DNA of 36,355 nucleotides from a virus (lineage: Duplodnaviria; Caudoviricetes), in IMG/VR virus record IMGVR_UViG_3300031990_000008, positions 1 to 36,355 of that record; one strand, 5' to 3'. The notes below the pieces were generated by a model. That model ran no database searches. It was given only the letters and a program-made list of their open reading frames with translations, and was not told where the DNA came from. The first letter of the stretch is position 1. Each line of letters begins with the position of its first letter. Both the position numbers and the translations under genes were made by a program. This document shows, piece after piece, positions 36,302 to 36,355 of this stretch.

Positions 36302-36355
36302 TGAAGCGCCCCGGGTTTCGCGGAGGCCAGTTGGTTTAAGTCAGGCGGTCGCGGC
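36302..36355 (-). mobile_element. IS3-family element, right end (partial)
   Basis: Terminal IR TGAAGCGCCCCGGGTTTCGCGGAGGC; probable transposase stop at 36341-36343 on the minus strand. Confidence 0.85.

Larger units (their letters stand above)
29335..36355. mobile_element. Second genomic island at the same tRNA-Val site (extends past the window)
   Basis: IHF consensus and direct repeats right of the tRNA fragment, then recombinase, ParM-like pair, defence genes and an IS end. Confidence 0.7.

Overview
Positions 1-29379 are the right-hand ~29 kb of a temperate podovirus-type prophage in a high-GC host, probably a betaproteobacterium (inference). It has a lambdoid early region: leftward PL arm, cI with a coupled AT-rich gene, cro, an amino-methyltransferase, a CII-like gene, a GNAT, a DnaB-N/RecA-family helicase followed by a CGGGACA iteron origin, RusA and a putative late regulator. 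This is joined to a T7/BPP-1-style virion module: portal, scaffold, capsid, cement, tail tubes A/B, ejection proteins, terS/terL, tail fibre, holin, SAR endolysin and Rz/Rz1. The prophage ends at a 45-bp 3' fragment of tRNA-Val(CAC). A second island starts directly after it, carrying a tyrosine recombinase, ~1 kb of hairpin-dense non-coding DNA, a ParM/StbA (PRTRC protein D-like) actin with a small partner, a DUF262-DUF1524 (GmrSD-like) nuclease, a frameshifted Cys-rich gene and a probable defence-nuclease gene cut by an IS3-family end. The most interesting signals are (1) the structured 1-kb region between the recombinase and ParM, (2) a twin-hairpin/anti-Shine-Dalgarno switch in the capsid leader, (3) a three-copy late promoter motif GGTSGGGAA-N20-AC(A/G)(C/A)T and (4) an SGNH-esterase gene inside the head module. 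All calls come from reading the sequence by eye; no database search or folding program was run.
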